From: Rhizodiscina lignyota
Lineage: Eukaryota
Reading direction: 5' to 3'
NCBI GenBank assembly: GCA_010015805.1
Contig: ML978122.1
Coordinates: 3,134,453 to 3,198,452 of the forward strand
DNA length: 64,000 bases
Positions 38,601 to 52,175 of this stretch are shown here, in pieces. Position numbers and translations under genes: made by a program. The notes below the pieces were generated by a model, which was not told the DNA's origin, made no database searches, and was given only the letters and a program-made list of their open reading frames with translations. Positions within the stretch are counted from its first letter, which is position 1, and the number at the start of each line of letters is the position of its first letter.

Positions 38601-41600
38601 AACTCGGCAAAGACAAACGGTGCAAGATGGCCGTATAATTGCGAAAGGCGATGGGAGACTTCAAACTGGGCGTTCTTATAGACCGCGATTGTCTTGTCCG
38701 ACACGCTGATGTCAAGGTCTTGCAATTTCGAGATATTTTGCTCTCGCTCTTCAAGCGATCGTAGTAAGCGCGCCGCCCTGGTCCTTAGAATGCTTTGTTC
38801 GTTGCCTAGAATGTACAAGCAGGCAGGAAGCATCTTCGAAAATGCTTGCGTCATATCTGCATGCTCGAGTAGAATCTCTCGGACGACTTCGAAATAGCTT
38901 TCCAAAGACTTTGGTGATTTGGCCGTGTAGCACATCTCTATTGCTCGGTCCATCAAATAATTGTGTTCGGTATTGTGAAGGATGACATTCTTCAACGCTC
39001 GCCGGCCGATGGTATGCGTTCGGTCGCTGACATCTTCGAAAATTGAATCAATCCAAGAGAGCAGCCGATTCACATCAAATTGTAGATTCGTCTTGCTGTC
39101 AGTCGTGATGCTGATCGGACCGCCGCAGAGAACAGCCATAGCACTGAGTGCGGCGGTTCGAAGGTTCCGCTTCTCGATCTCCATCCTTGCATTAATCATG
39201 TTCTGATTTCGGTAGCTCTCCCGGTCAAGGTAAGATCGTCTCATTGTCTCTTCTCGTTGTCGAATAACTGGCTGGTTGGGCGAGTATCCACACCAGTCTT
39301 CCATGAGTGTGAACGCAGCCTTTCGGGACTGGAAAGGCATCCACCTCATCGGATCCTTGGTCTTGCTGATACCCTCGTACAACTGCTCTATCAAGCCACA
39401 ATAGTGAGTGCGCAGTTTCTGGAACTCGTACTCGTTTTGCACTTCGACGTCGTTCAGAAACAAACGAAGATCCTTGGTGAAGTTGACCAGATTGTTGAGA
39501 ATCCATTCGTCGTTATAAGACTCTGGGAGTTGCAAAAAGTGGGAGGTGAGCTTGTAGATGTGGGTGATTTCAGTCCTGAGAACGTCTGTTCGCCGACTGC
39601 CTCTCACGCTACTACTCGGCGTACGCTGGTGTGCAATGCGCTGCTTCGCCTCCTCGTGACATGAAACAACCATTGGCTGTAAGGTCTCGAGGAGTATGCG
39701 ATACAAGCCTTGATTGATGGAGCCAAGCCCTACGACTATGGCATCTCGAATTGCGTCATTTGGTGCGGTGAGAAGTGGCAAAACCATATTGAACAGTCGG
39801 CCAGCAGAACCAACCTTGTCCACACTCTTCTGCGAGGATTTCGAACTTTTCCTGGTATGCTGTGGACCCTGGGCATGTGAATCAGATCCACCGGCGCTGG
39901 GCAAAGTTGTGCAGGCAAAAATGAGGTATAGCTTCCACTGCTCAATGATGACCTCTGGTGAGGTAGCAGCCAGTCGCCCTGACATCTTGCCAGATTGTAA
40001 GTCATAGCTGGTATATGGAATCGTTCGTGTTCCATCCACAAGCGACGCAACAGTTCTTTGCATCTGTGATATCCTTGCGCAGATCGACTCTCGTGTTAAT
40101 GCCACAGCCATCGGACAGACTTCAAGGCTTATCCTGACCAGGTTGGGGAAAACTTTGAACCACAGTGTCGAGTCGTGCGGAGTATCGCTACTGCATAGTT
40201 CGACAAGTGTATTTTGCGTCTGGCCATCTCGAATGCCGCGCTGTAAACGACTGCGTTCGGCAACTGATAATTTCTCATCGTGCACATCAATCACATTTTG
40301 GAGGTTACCCTCCAGGACCGTGATGATGCGAGTACTGTCAGTGCCAAGCGCAGTGTCGAACTCTGTGACCAGGCGCAGCACTGTCACTGCAACAGCTCTG
40401 ACACGCCTGGAAGGAGAGCAGAGGAAGAAGAGGCCGTGCGATTCGATCTCATCCACATGGGCCCATATCGAATGCAAGTCAAGTCCTGCAGCACGCATTC
40501 TATCAGCGTTGTTTTCCGAAGTCTCGCCCACGTTCTTCTTTGTCTTTGTCTTGATCTCTTCTATCCAGATATTAAGCAGCTCAACGTAAAGACGAAGTGT
40601 GCTTTCAATGTGCCCAGTGCCGAGCATTCCACCGTCAGACATCGTAGCATAGCGATCGTCAAAATTGAAAATGAACCTTGCGAAACCAATGGTGACTTGC
40701 TGGGCATGTGACTGTCGCGCGATGGATTTTAGAGACTGCGCCGAAGATGTTGCAATATTGTTCTGCACATGAGCGGTGCCAGTGCAAAGAAGATTGATGA
40801 GGGAGTTGAACGGAATGTGTGGAGATAGACATCGTGGTAGAGCCTGAACAGCGACATGGAGCAGATCGTAAAAGCCTTGCCTCACGTCCAGCCCACTGAG
40901 ATGATCATCCTTGCGAGAAAAGCTGAAAGCATCTGTCATCGGGGTCTTCGGTGTCTGGTTGCCGAATTTCTCGTCCAAAACTGCTTGGCCACCGAACGTA
41001 TTGTCGCAGATGATCGTTATCTCCCCAAGTATCTTGCAGAACTTGATATAAGACTCCTTCGCTACTTCTCCAAAAGCCTGCACCATGACGGGACGCGAAA
41101 GACGGTCTTCTTTCACTGTGCTCGTTTTAATAGCGGTCGGAATGAGCGGTTTCGGGCTGAGAGGCATCGAGGCAGATTCGAAGCGCTCAAGAGCAGTATC
41201 ACTATAGAAAGTGACCGGGAATGGCGGGTTAGTCGCATTCTCAAGATCTGCCATGATGGCCAAAAATGCCCGAATCCCGATAACCATTTTCTCTGGCTCC
41301 AGACTTTCGACCTTGTGCTCCCGGCCTGAGAGAAATACGTCGGAGTTCATGAGTGGAAATATCAATTGTTTGAAAGCGAAATCTTGGTATCTGAAGCCGA
41401 TGATGCGAACCAACTGAATAAGTGGCTCCGCAATTGCCGTTTCGGTCGACAGATATGTCTTCTTTCCAGATAAGAAAACCATGGCTTTGATTTCCTCTAG
41501 TCGTCGCAGTGTTTGATTGGGAGGATCCACCCCATGATAGATATACCTCCAGAGAAGTCGACAGAGTCCACGCAAAGCAATGCCTCGACTAGCTCGTTCC

Positions 41601-43422
41601 TTTAGTCTAGCTTGCACAGACGGAAGTAGTTGCAGCCAGTGAGTGGCAAAGGCTTCGGTTGGCGAGGCGCAAATTTGAACAGCAAGCGTCGGAAAAGCCT
41701 GTAGCCAGTGTTTTGGCTTGTTTACGAGTTCATACAGCTTCAGGCGCATATCCTCCACAACGTGTTTCCACTTCGGCGAGTTCAGCTCTACGGTCGCTTG
41801 CGCAGCAATAGGAACCAGTAGGTCCTCGAACAATTGGCAGTATGCATATTTCAGTGAGTGTCCATGGCAGTTATTGAAAGCAATGGTCAGTCTGTGCATG
41901 AACTTGCACGTCTGCTCCCAGGCTGCGTCTGGAACGGTTTTCAACCTGAGATGCTTCATGCCTCGAACCAGTAGCACTGCCCGGCCTTCAATCTCGCGGA
42001 CAATCGTGGCCTTCACTTGCATGTGACTTTGGAGGACTTCCAGGTCCTTCAAGAATCGCCCTGCAACGCTTTCGAAGTTAACGCCGCTCATGACTCCCAG
42101 CAATTGGCCAAAAATGTTCCAATTAGCGAGCTTAAGCGGAGATTGCTCCAGGGTCTCGGGTTCGGACTGCTTCAGTTGCGTGAAAATGATATCTTCGAGC
42201 TTGTATGACAATTCAACTGTGAGATTGCCGAGTGTCGTCTGGCTGATAATTTCGATGAAAACTCTGCAAAGCAGATAGATGGACACAGTCGATCGTCGTT
42301 CTGCCTGAATCACATCTAGCTGGAGCTGGGCTTGCGAAGCATCTGGCCTGTACCCATCGCCACCATTGAGTGTCGCCGAGGAGTAGTTTGGTTGCTGGCC
42401 AAAACGGCGTATGGACATGCCGTTTGCACCAGGCGACTTCGTGACGGCATTGTTGAGAGCCTCCCTAGCGGCATTTGCTTCTCCACTTATGCTCTGCCTC
42501 CACAACATCAGTGTATCGATCATGGGCTTGGGCTCTTGGCGAGCGACATGTCCCAGGGCCCAAATAAGCTGATCAAATTCAGCGTCGACGCGAGGACCAC
42601 ATATTTGTTCGACTTTCGGCTCTGGTCCCTGAGGTGCAGACGAACACTTGTTGATTTTAATGAGCGCTTGACTGACAAAGGCAGTGAACAAATGGTGAAG
42701 AGCGAATTCACCAACAGTTCTCAGCTTCGTTTGCGATGGTGGGACTGCTCTCGATTGTGACCGACTATGGGGTGGTTCGCGTTGTCTTGACTTTCCGCTG
42801 TGCATGCGCTCGATGTGTCTGGCTGAGGTATGGAAGCTGTCGTTTGCGGTGCGATCTGAGTATAAGCTTGAAGAACTCATTTGAGCTGCTGATGCGGATG
42901 TGAGAGTACTATTGATCGAAGAGGGTACCGTGGGAATATCGTCACCAGGTGCGTATCCATCGCCGCCAAACGGCACCCCTTCCGAAATTATTTGAGGGCT
43001 GAGTGGATTCGTCACGAAGCTCGCATTGCGAGAATGTGGCATCCCATGGACAATGGATGTTTGTCTGTGATGTCCATAGGAAGATAGCGAAGGCTTTCGG
43101 TCCAGACTCGTAGGGTCGGCATTCGTAGAGAATTTTGGGAGTGGAGAGACGGCATGAGAGGGTCCTCCGCCGGTCAGAGCCCGACCTCTGTTCACTGGAA
43201 GCTCTCGCAATGCCGGCGATGCGGAATTCTCAGCAAAACTTCCCGCATGTGGGCGCGCTGGATCAGCCTAAAGTGATTAGACACGGTCCGATCTGAGAAA
43301 GTTGGTGTTACAACACTGCAGACCAGAGCCACAGTGCGCAGAAGGGGATGGATTGAGGGAGGAGAGGTCGAGGAGATGGTCTGACATACACATTCCGCTC
43401 GTCGACGGCCCGTCATTTGCAT
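35657..43422 (-). CDS. TAO3: Cell morphogenesis protein TAO3/PAG1 (Mor2/Furry family, RAM/MOR network scaffold)
   Basis: Helical-repeat ORF of over 2500 aa with MOR2-PAG1 motifs (WATTCSVRHLACRSFQ, YPQLFW, DLISPLLRLLQT). A short first exon MQMTGRRRAEC is joined by a phase-0 intron (about 43268-43389). The start is tentative. Confidence 0.93.
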
Positions 43423-44986
43423 AAAGTGCTCAATTGTGAATTGGGCATTGCCTGTCGTGGTGCTTGCCGAAGGGATGCGTGAGCGTGCTCCACGACATGC
43501 AGTCGCGGTGAGTTGGAAAGGCGCGCGTCAACGGCCGATAGGGCATTACATAAGCAAGGCACTTCGTCGAGAGGCTTTTGAGAGGAGCGCCACCGCCTGG
43601 GGTAGCGAGACGTCAAAGTTGCCTTTGGAACTTTCTCCAGAAACGTCAATTGGCTATTTGGAATGGCTGCATTCGTCTATACGCTCGCCTATTACGACAC
43701 TACTATATTTAAAGACCCAGAACTGTGCACCGACAGTGATCCCAGGGAAAGCCCGCGCTGCTTAACGATGGGAGACCCTGCATCCAATCACGTCGCCAAT
43801 GCTCCAGATGTAGTGAAATACTGGCTCGTTCCTGGCCCCATAGAACATCGAATCACCCCGGAGCCGGGGCATATCACGTATCCCGACGATCGCATGAGCC
43901 TCCAGGAGCTGCTATCACTTGACAGGATTGCTTACTGTGGGATATCACTCTGCCCTTTCTGGGACCAACGTGAGTTCAAGACGTGCAAAGGCATGATGGC
44001 AACGCTGTTCGCCACAACTCCAAACATCGGAGCCATTGGTGGCCTAAGACAGACCCTGATGTCGACAATGATTGCGTAAACCATACACTGCTAAGGATGC
44101 CTGGTTGACTGTCCAATCCAGCTGTAGCGGTGAATGATAGGCTTAGGTTGATTGATGGTGCGCTCGAAGCTGCCTTGCATCACATGTCGTCTTGTTCCGA
44201 GCTCGCTGTGGCTGCTTGATACCAAATCATGCGGACCTCAAACCAACGGCGACTCAGGTGAGGCTAACTTGATTCGAAGAGTACCATGTACAACGAGAAT
44301 GACTGAAAGCGGAGACTCCGCATATTTCCTCCACATTGATATGTGCGTCTTGAATCGGTAGGTCGGGCAAAGGCGGGCGGCTTCGTCTGTGCCGGCGTGG
44401 GCGAGAGAAAATTCGAGATCATTTGGGGTCAGCCGACAGCGAGTTTGGCCGCCTCCGCCGGAGGCACGAGTATGGGTGCGGAACGACAGTAGAAGAAAAA
44501 GACGAGAGGAGGAAGACACGGAGCTGTGCGCGTAACAGACCCTGGAAGCTCACCTCACCTCATATTCCGCGACGAGTGTGCGCTGCGGAAAGGCTCTGCC
44601 GAGTCGTAATCCGAGAGAGCGGCTGACAACCCTGTAGCGCGCCCAGCGCCGCCTGTATCTCGACCACGTAAATGTAACTTTTGCAGACCACGGCACTTGC
44701 TCTGGCCACCTACCGCGACTGTCCGAAATATCTCCCCTATACCAGACGTCACGACAATCGCTATACGAAGCATATATCGAACCAAGCCTTCTCGGTGCGC
44801 CGGCAATAGCGCAAAGGCGTTGGTTGGCGATTCGGTTAGCACGTGAAGGCAGCAGAATTTCGCTGGCCGGTTTGACGGACCGTGTTCTTTACTTCTAGAG
44901 TTCAGTCGACTGCAAGCTGTGAGTTCACCCTGCGAGCACTTGTACACTCTCTGGAGCGCAGCTAACCAACTCCGCAGTGCTCCACC

Positions 44987-47133
44987 ATGGCGCAGCTCGA
45001 TACGCTCGATATCATCGTCTTAGTCGCCCTCCTCGTAGGCACCATCGCATACTTCACGAAGGGTACATACTGGGCTGTGGCCAATGATCCATATGGGAAC
45101 TCGCTAGCACATGCAAATGGCGTCAAAACCGGCAAGTCGAGGAATCTCCTCGAGAAGATGGAGGAGACTGGAAAGAACTGCGTTATCCTCTATGGCTCGC
45201 AGACAGGCACAGCGGAGGACTACGCCTCAAGATTAGCGAAGGAGGGCGCATCTCGTTTCGGGCTCAAGACCATGGTCGCAGATTTGGAAGATTACGACTA
45301 CGAAAACCTAGACACCTTTCCAGAGGACAAGGTGGCGTTCTTCGTCTTGGCGACGTATGGAGAGGGGGAACCCACTGATAATGCCGTGGAGTTTTACGAA
45401 TTTATCACTGGCGAGGACGTCTCGTTCAGTGAAGGATCAGAGGATGCGCCGCTTTCGAAGCTCAAATTCGTCGCTTTTGGTCTCGGCAACAACACTTACG
45501 AGCACTACAACTCCATGGTCCGAAACGTCACCAAAGCCCTCGAAAAGCTCGGCGCACACAGAATCGGCGAGGCTGGGGAAGGAGATGATGGTGCTGGCAC
45601 GATGGAAGAAGATTTTCTGGCGTGGAAAGAACCCATGTGGACCGAGTTGGCAGAGACAATGGGTCTTGAAGAGCGTGAAGCCGTCTATGAGCCTACATTC
45701 GACGTCGTGGAGAAGCTGGATATGAACATCGAGGACAATACCGTCTACCTCGGAGAGCCGAACAAGAACCACCTCGAGGGCCATTCGAAAGGACCGTACA
45801 ACGCACACAACCCCTACATCGCGCCAATTGCCGAATCCAAAGAAATATTTACCACCAAGGACCGCAACTGTTTGCACATGGAGATCGACGTCGCTGGATC
45901 AGGCATGTCTTATAATACAGGAGATCACATTGCCGTATGGCCAACGAACGCTGGAAAGGAGGTGGAGAGATTTTTGCACATTGTTGGACTTGGCGACAAG
46001 AAGAACACTGTCATTACTGTCAAAGGTCTCGATCCAACTGCAAAGGTCCCGTTCCCTTCGCCAACCACGTACGACGCCGTTGCTCGTTACCACATGGAAA
46101 TCTGTGCGCCAATGTCTCGTCAATTCGTCGGCACCCTGGCTCAGTTTGCTCCGAACGACGAAATCAAAGAGGAACTCACGAAGATGGGTGGTGACAGGGA
46201 TTACTTCCACGCGAAGGTATCGGAGCTCAACTTGAACCTCGGCCAATTCCTTGAGAAGATGTCGAACGGAGAACCCTGGACCAAGATTCCCTTCTCGCTC
46301 TTCATCGAAGGTCTGAACAAGATTCAGCCCAGGTACTACTCTATTTCGTCTTCATCCCACGTTCAGAAAGAAAAGATTTCCATCACGGCAATCGTCGAGT
46401 CGATCGAGAAGCCCGGTGCGCCTCACATCGTTAAGGGTGTCACGACCAATTACCTCCTCGCTCTCAAGCTCAAGCAGCATGGTGAACCTGAGCCCGATCC
46501 GTATGGACTCAACTACGCGCTCAACGGTCCCCGAAACAAGTACGATGGCATCCATCTTCCTGTACACGTCCGTCATTCGAACTTCAAACTCCCATCAGAC
46601 CCCGCCAAGCCGATCATTATGGTTGGTCCCGGTACTGGTGTAGCGCCATTCCGAGCATTCGTGCAGGAGCGAGCTGCATACGCTAAGGAGGGCAAGGAAA
46701 TCGGCAAGACGGTATTATTCTTCGGTTGCAGGAAGAAGTCTGAAGATTTCTTGTACGAAAAAGAGTGGGAGGTAAGTTCAAGTTGTGATTGTTACGTGTC
46801 TGTGCGTGATCGGTGCTAATACTCGGGCTTCTGCAGGAATACAAAGAAGCGTTGGGCGACAAATTCGAGATGTACACTGCCTTCTCGCGGGACGGCCCGG
46901 AAAAGGTCTACGTACAGCACAAGATCAAAGAACAGGCCGCCGAGATCGACAAGCTGTTACAGCAAAAGGCCTTCTTCTATGTCTGCGGTGATGCGGCGAA
47001 CATGGCACGTGACGTAAACGCCCTCCTTATCAAGATCATTTCTGAGCAACGTGGCGTTTCTGAACAAAAGGCTGAGGACGTTGTGAAGCAAATGAGAGCG
47101 TCAAATCAATACCAAGAGGATGTGTGGTCATAA
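44987..47133 (+). CDS. cprA: NADPH-cytochrome P450 reductase
   Basis: N-terminal TM anchor, YGSQTGTAE, ATYGEGEPTDNA, PRYYSISS, MVGPGTGVAPF, YVCGDA, C-terminal EDVWS. Intron 46772-46836. Probable 5'UTR intron 44919-44977. Confidence 0.96.
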
Positions 47134-50100
47134 TTTGACTTGATCACATTTCTTTGCTGGCGGTTTGTTTCATGGGTGCATTTAGACGGCGATGCTGCAT
47201 GTTGCAGGGATTGACGCTTTATGGGAACGGGCTTTTTGGCTCTCTTTCTATTTGGAGATTAATGGAGCGACTCCTTTTTTCTGTATTTTCTGTTGCATAG
47301 AGAATGATACATATCAAAACCATGACACTTCCACGCTGCACGCTAAATCTAGCCTACATGCCAAGCTACCCTCCTGGTCATCAAAATAGTCGGCCTCGAT
47401 CAAATACGGAAAATTACGAACGGGCTTTGCTTGTCAGCATAATATTAAGTATATCAAAAGGCTCAGTTTAGCACGCTGTGGACAGTGTCTACCAAGAAAT
47501 ACGGCTTCCATTAATATAATATACGTTGATGGAAAAGAGCGTGTATCTGTGGTTGGATGTGCTTGCTGACGGCGCAACTTTTTCGTCACTCCCTGGCCAT
47601 CCAATTAAACCCTTGCACGACCAATGGCTCTTCCTCCTGAACCTCGTCGAAGGTAAAAGGAGTACGAAAAGTCTGAGCTCAAGCACGCTTGCAACGCTTC
47701 AGAGCCAGGCAATTCTGGCCCTTGATAGCATGTGCTCCTGATGCACAACTTGGACCTTCAAACTCGGCATTGACCAAGGAGGCAATTCAATGTCTTGATC
47801 CCGCGACGCGACTGTTGTCATCCATGGGGCTTGCAAGAGCACGCTGAGATCAGAAAGGGCTCATCCCCCAACCCCTCACTCATCAAGAGACAGCTCGTTT
47901 GCGGATGCTGTGCTCAGAGTCTTGTGCGACTGTTGGATCCCGAGAACCAGGTTTCGCTGAGCGGACATGGAGGTCCGCACGCTTGACGGGTGACTGTTGC
48001 ATTGAAAGATGTGATCCCTCACTCCGCAAAGTCCTTCGACGGTACGTACCTAAAAATCTCCACTTGCGCGCTTGAGTCCCTGACATTAGTCTCGGTCGGC
48101 GAATTTGCGCCTGTCGGAAGCCTCGGGGCGCTTTTCGGTATCGCATCTGGCTGGAGACTCGACTTTGGGAGAGTCCACTCGACGACTGCTTCGAGGAAGC
48201 CCTGCGTCACACAAACGCACGGGAAGCAAAGCCGGTGGTGACGCACCAGCAAACGGCGCTGATTCCATCTTCCACATTTGTCGGTCTGCATCGACCTAGA
48301 TTTCGGATGTTACAAAGCGATTCCCTGCAGACCCCGGCTGGTATCTCAACCACGACAAAGGCGTCGACCGCTGTGCTAATGAAAGGGGCGGCCATCTGCG
48401 CTTGCGCCTCACTCCCATTTGGCGCTGCGATATCATCGCCGTTTGCTTGAGGCGTCGTAGGCGATGACGAGCCACTTAGGCAAGAGTTGATGGAAGTTGC
48501 ACTGTGGATGATAAGACGCGGTCAGATATATGGGACGATCCGAAGGTTAGCCACAACGAGCGCGTTTGGAGCTCAGACCCTCGTGCTGGATGCACGATGG
48601 ATGTCAAGGACCTCATCAAACGCGGCCAGCGGTTGATGATCAACGATTCTGACGAGATCGTTTATGGATGGATAGACTCTGTTCAGCTGCTGCACACCGA
48701 AGCGACCCACCCCGTAGTGCGTAAGGCTGGCAACGTGCGCGCACTAGGCATGGAAGATAGGAAGAATGTTCCACGGTGGGTATACTGATCGACATGGTGT
48801 GTAAACGGCTGTTGACTTTCGCAGTGAGACTCGACCTTGGGTGAAGATTTAAGAGCACCGTGACCTAATGGTGCAGCCATGTGACGTGACTCGAGTACTT
48901 GCTGTACAACGGAGGCCTGAGGTGCTGAAAACAAGCAGCGAGGCACGTCACGCAGCACCTTCGCTCTGGCGTTTGGTGCTCTTCAAGTTTGAGCCGGGGC
49001 GAGTGCAATCGGGGAGGCACGGCGATGTGACCGGTACGGTTGGCGTGAGCCGTGTGTCGCATTCAGCAGGTTGCAGGACGAAAAGTCTCAGGGACTCGAG
49101 GCCGGTCGTTCGCAGCGGAAGATTAACACGTCGTAGTGTGCGACTTGAGTGCGCGGAACCCTTGCTGCTTCTGCACTTAAAAGCGCGGTGGTGCTCGCGA
49201 TGTCCAGCTTCGCCTGCACCGCGCCATTTCCCACGCAATACTCGGAAAAACTTAACTGAACATTGTTACGAAGCATTTCCTGCGCTCCGCAATTAACCTG
49301 TTGTTTTGCCTTTTCGTTGGCGCCTTGTTCACATGCTATTGTGTGCGTCTGAATAGCGACTCGCGCCTGCCACATCAACACCACACCTTAACACCTCCTT
49401 CACTTAACATCGAGCTCGCCACCCGCCCTCAAGCTGGTGCCTGCCGCTTGAAACCCTTTGGCTCTGAGAAGGCGCTCCCAGCCACTCGGCCGGATTCTCT
49501 TATATATTGCCTCGCTCCCGGCTTTCCTCCACCCTTCCTTCACCATACATCTTCTCTCTCATCAGCAGATCAGAGGTCGACATACCTTTCCTCGCTCATC
49601 CCCTCAGGGTATGTTCCATCCTGCACTCCCTCTCCTTTCGTCAGCTGCCTGCTCACTGATTTGCGTCTTTAGGCTTGCTCTCCGTCGCTCCAAGATCCGA
49701 TCCTGCATCCTCACGCATCAGCAAAGGTCGACTCGCCCACAGGTAAGCCACCAACTTCCCACTTGCTGCTCTCATTCTCTTGCAAGCCCGCCAGCCTGTT
49801 CTCTTGACCCCATCTATGCTTCACGCTATGCTCCAACCCCGATCTCCTCACCTGCCTGGTCAGACGAGACTCTTGCACAGTGCACTCCACCTTCTTTCCC
49901 TGAACTCCAACTAACAACCTTCTAGACAGATCGATCTCTCTTCGCAGCACTGCCGTAACCTCCCTATATTCAACGCATCCCTCAGATCGAAATCTACAAC
50001 GGTACGAGTACTCTCATGGCAACCTCCCATGTCATGACCAGTCAAAACTTTCTCTACTCTTAATGTGTTTCATTAGATGAGCTGGTTGGAAGACCCCTTT

Positions 50101-50283
50101 GTCGACCCTCCAGGCTTCTACTACTTCCCTTATCACCACTTCTACAACCCCAAGCGCACTCTCTTCCATCAAGTCCTTTTCCCGATTCCAGAAGACCGCG
50201 TCTTGAACGTCTTCCGAGTTCCAATCTCATACATGCTGTTCGGTGCTCATTTTCGCGCCTCCATGCAGGCACGACGAGCTGGT

Positions 50284-52175
50284 ATGACGAACAAGGAAAT
50301 GGCCAATCAACGCAACGCATACACTGCTGGCTTCGCCACTGCTGGTAACATGCTTGGTGCCAATCAGGCCCAGATGCTGCGTGGACATCCGTACATGCCG
50401 ACAGGTACTGCCATCCATCATGCCAACGTTAATGGAGATGCCAACCTCGCAGCTATCCAAGCTGGATTCGGAACCATGAATCTGCGTGCTCCCTCCTACG
50501 GCTCCGCTACCACTAGCGCAACTCAGATCTCGAACACCCATTCCGACTTCAGCGCCCATCATGGTCTTCCCATGGCGGCCAATCAGACTTACTGGGTCAA
50601 CGGTCAGCAGGCCATGTATCCGCAACAAATCCTTCAAGGTGTCGCTCAGTCCACCGCCATCCAGCATCCGGGCCTCTATGCTCCGGCGAACCACTACCTG
50701 CCACAGGGCGTCTATCAGCCGCACAATCAGCATGTTCATGACAACAGCCCGCTGTCCACCAACTGGACCCCGCGTGTTCCTTCTGGAGATATCCCGAGCC
50801 TCATCACCCCTCGTCGCGACTCAATTTCTTCCAACGAGGCCGACAACCTTCCGGGTACTCCCTACACTGGATATGGCAACTTCCAGAACGGTGTGACGGT
50901 TCTTGATCGCTCTCCAAGCGCTCTCTATGGCCACAGTGCCACTCCATCGCCGTCTCAGCTGGCTGCTGGATACCCCATGCCTCACATGGTCAAGCCTCAG
51001 ACTCCTGCCCAAGTTCCTATCCCGCTTCAGCTGCAGATGCTCGTTCAGCGTGATCCCCAAATTCCGCATGCCATTCCGGCTCCAAGCTCCCCGATCAAGG
51101 CTCTTGATCGCAGTCTCGAGAACAAGAATGGCGAGACCAACGTCTACATTCGCGGCCTCATGCCTGAGACGACTGATGAGATGCTTGAGTCCTGGGGCAT
51201 TCGCTTTGGCGACATCGCAAGCCACAAGGCCATCATCGACCACAAGACTAACCTCTGCAAGGGCTTTGGCTTCATCAAGTACCACAACTTTGAGGATGCC
51301 GAGCAGTGCATTCGCGGGTTCCACTACCTGGGATACGAGGTCAGCTTCGCTCGCGAGTCGTTCTACTCCAAGCTCAAGAGGTTCTCCGATGAAAACAACA
51401 CCAACCTCTACGTCTCCAACATTCCCCGTAGCATGAACGAGCATGATCTTGGCTCCATCTTTCAGCCACACAAGGTGTGCTCCGCTCGCATTCTTCGCGA
51501 CACTCAAGGCCACGGTCGTGGAGTTGGCTTTGCACGCTTCGAGTCTCGCGACATCTGTGAGCTGGTCATCCAGCAATTCAACAACAAGGTCATCAGCAAG
51601 GCCGAGGACGAGTACACCATCCAGATCCGCTACTCCGACACGCATGAACAGAAGGCCCTGAAGCAGCAGACCGCCGCCGCTCGTCAGTACCGCGCTGCAG
51701 AGTTCGAGTTCGGAGTCATGCAATCTCGTGGTCTCCTCGGACCAGCAGGCAATCCTCTGGCCCTCCTTTCCGAGGCTGACCAGCGTACTGGCATGATCGC
51801 GCTTCCCGGAACTGAGGCTGTTGATGGCATTGAGAACCATCTTCAGAGTGAGATGAGGTATGTTTGCCCCGGTCGCCGTGCTCGCATGCAGTAAGCTGCA
51901 ATCTGTTCCTGTTTACCATACTAAATATTACGTTCCCTAGCTCTGCGTATAACCCGCGCTACGCCAACTCTGCCTTGCGCTTCAACAACCGAACCATGCT
52001 CGGCGCAACCGGTCTTAGTGGCGGAGTCGCCATCCCTCAAGTCAATGTCTCCGCCATGCCAAAGCGCGAGGAGACTCCTATCAAGGTCGAAAGCGATCCG
52101 AAGCCTCGCCCAACCACTCCAGTCATTGCCCGTGGTGATTCTGGCTCCAACGGCAGCCCTGGCGAGCAGGACTGA
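50284..52175 (+). CDS. Two-RRM RNA-binding protein (MSSP/RBMS type, related to fungal Spo5/Rim4-like proteins)
   Basis: Q/N/P/Y-rich N-terminus; RRM1 NVYIRGL...CKGFGFIKY; RRM2 NLYVSNI...RGVGFARF; intron 51858-51939. Start is uncertain (alternative ATG 50077). Confidence 0.88.

Noticed and set aside
50821..51840. 339-aa ORF antisense to the RRM gene
   Set aside because: Typical antisense open frame of a gene rich in C-ending codons.
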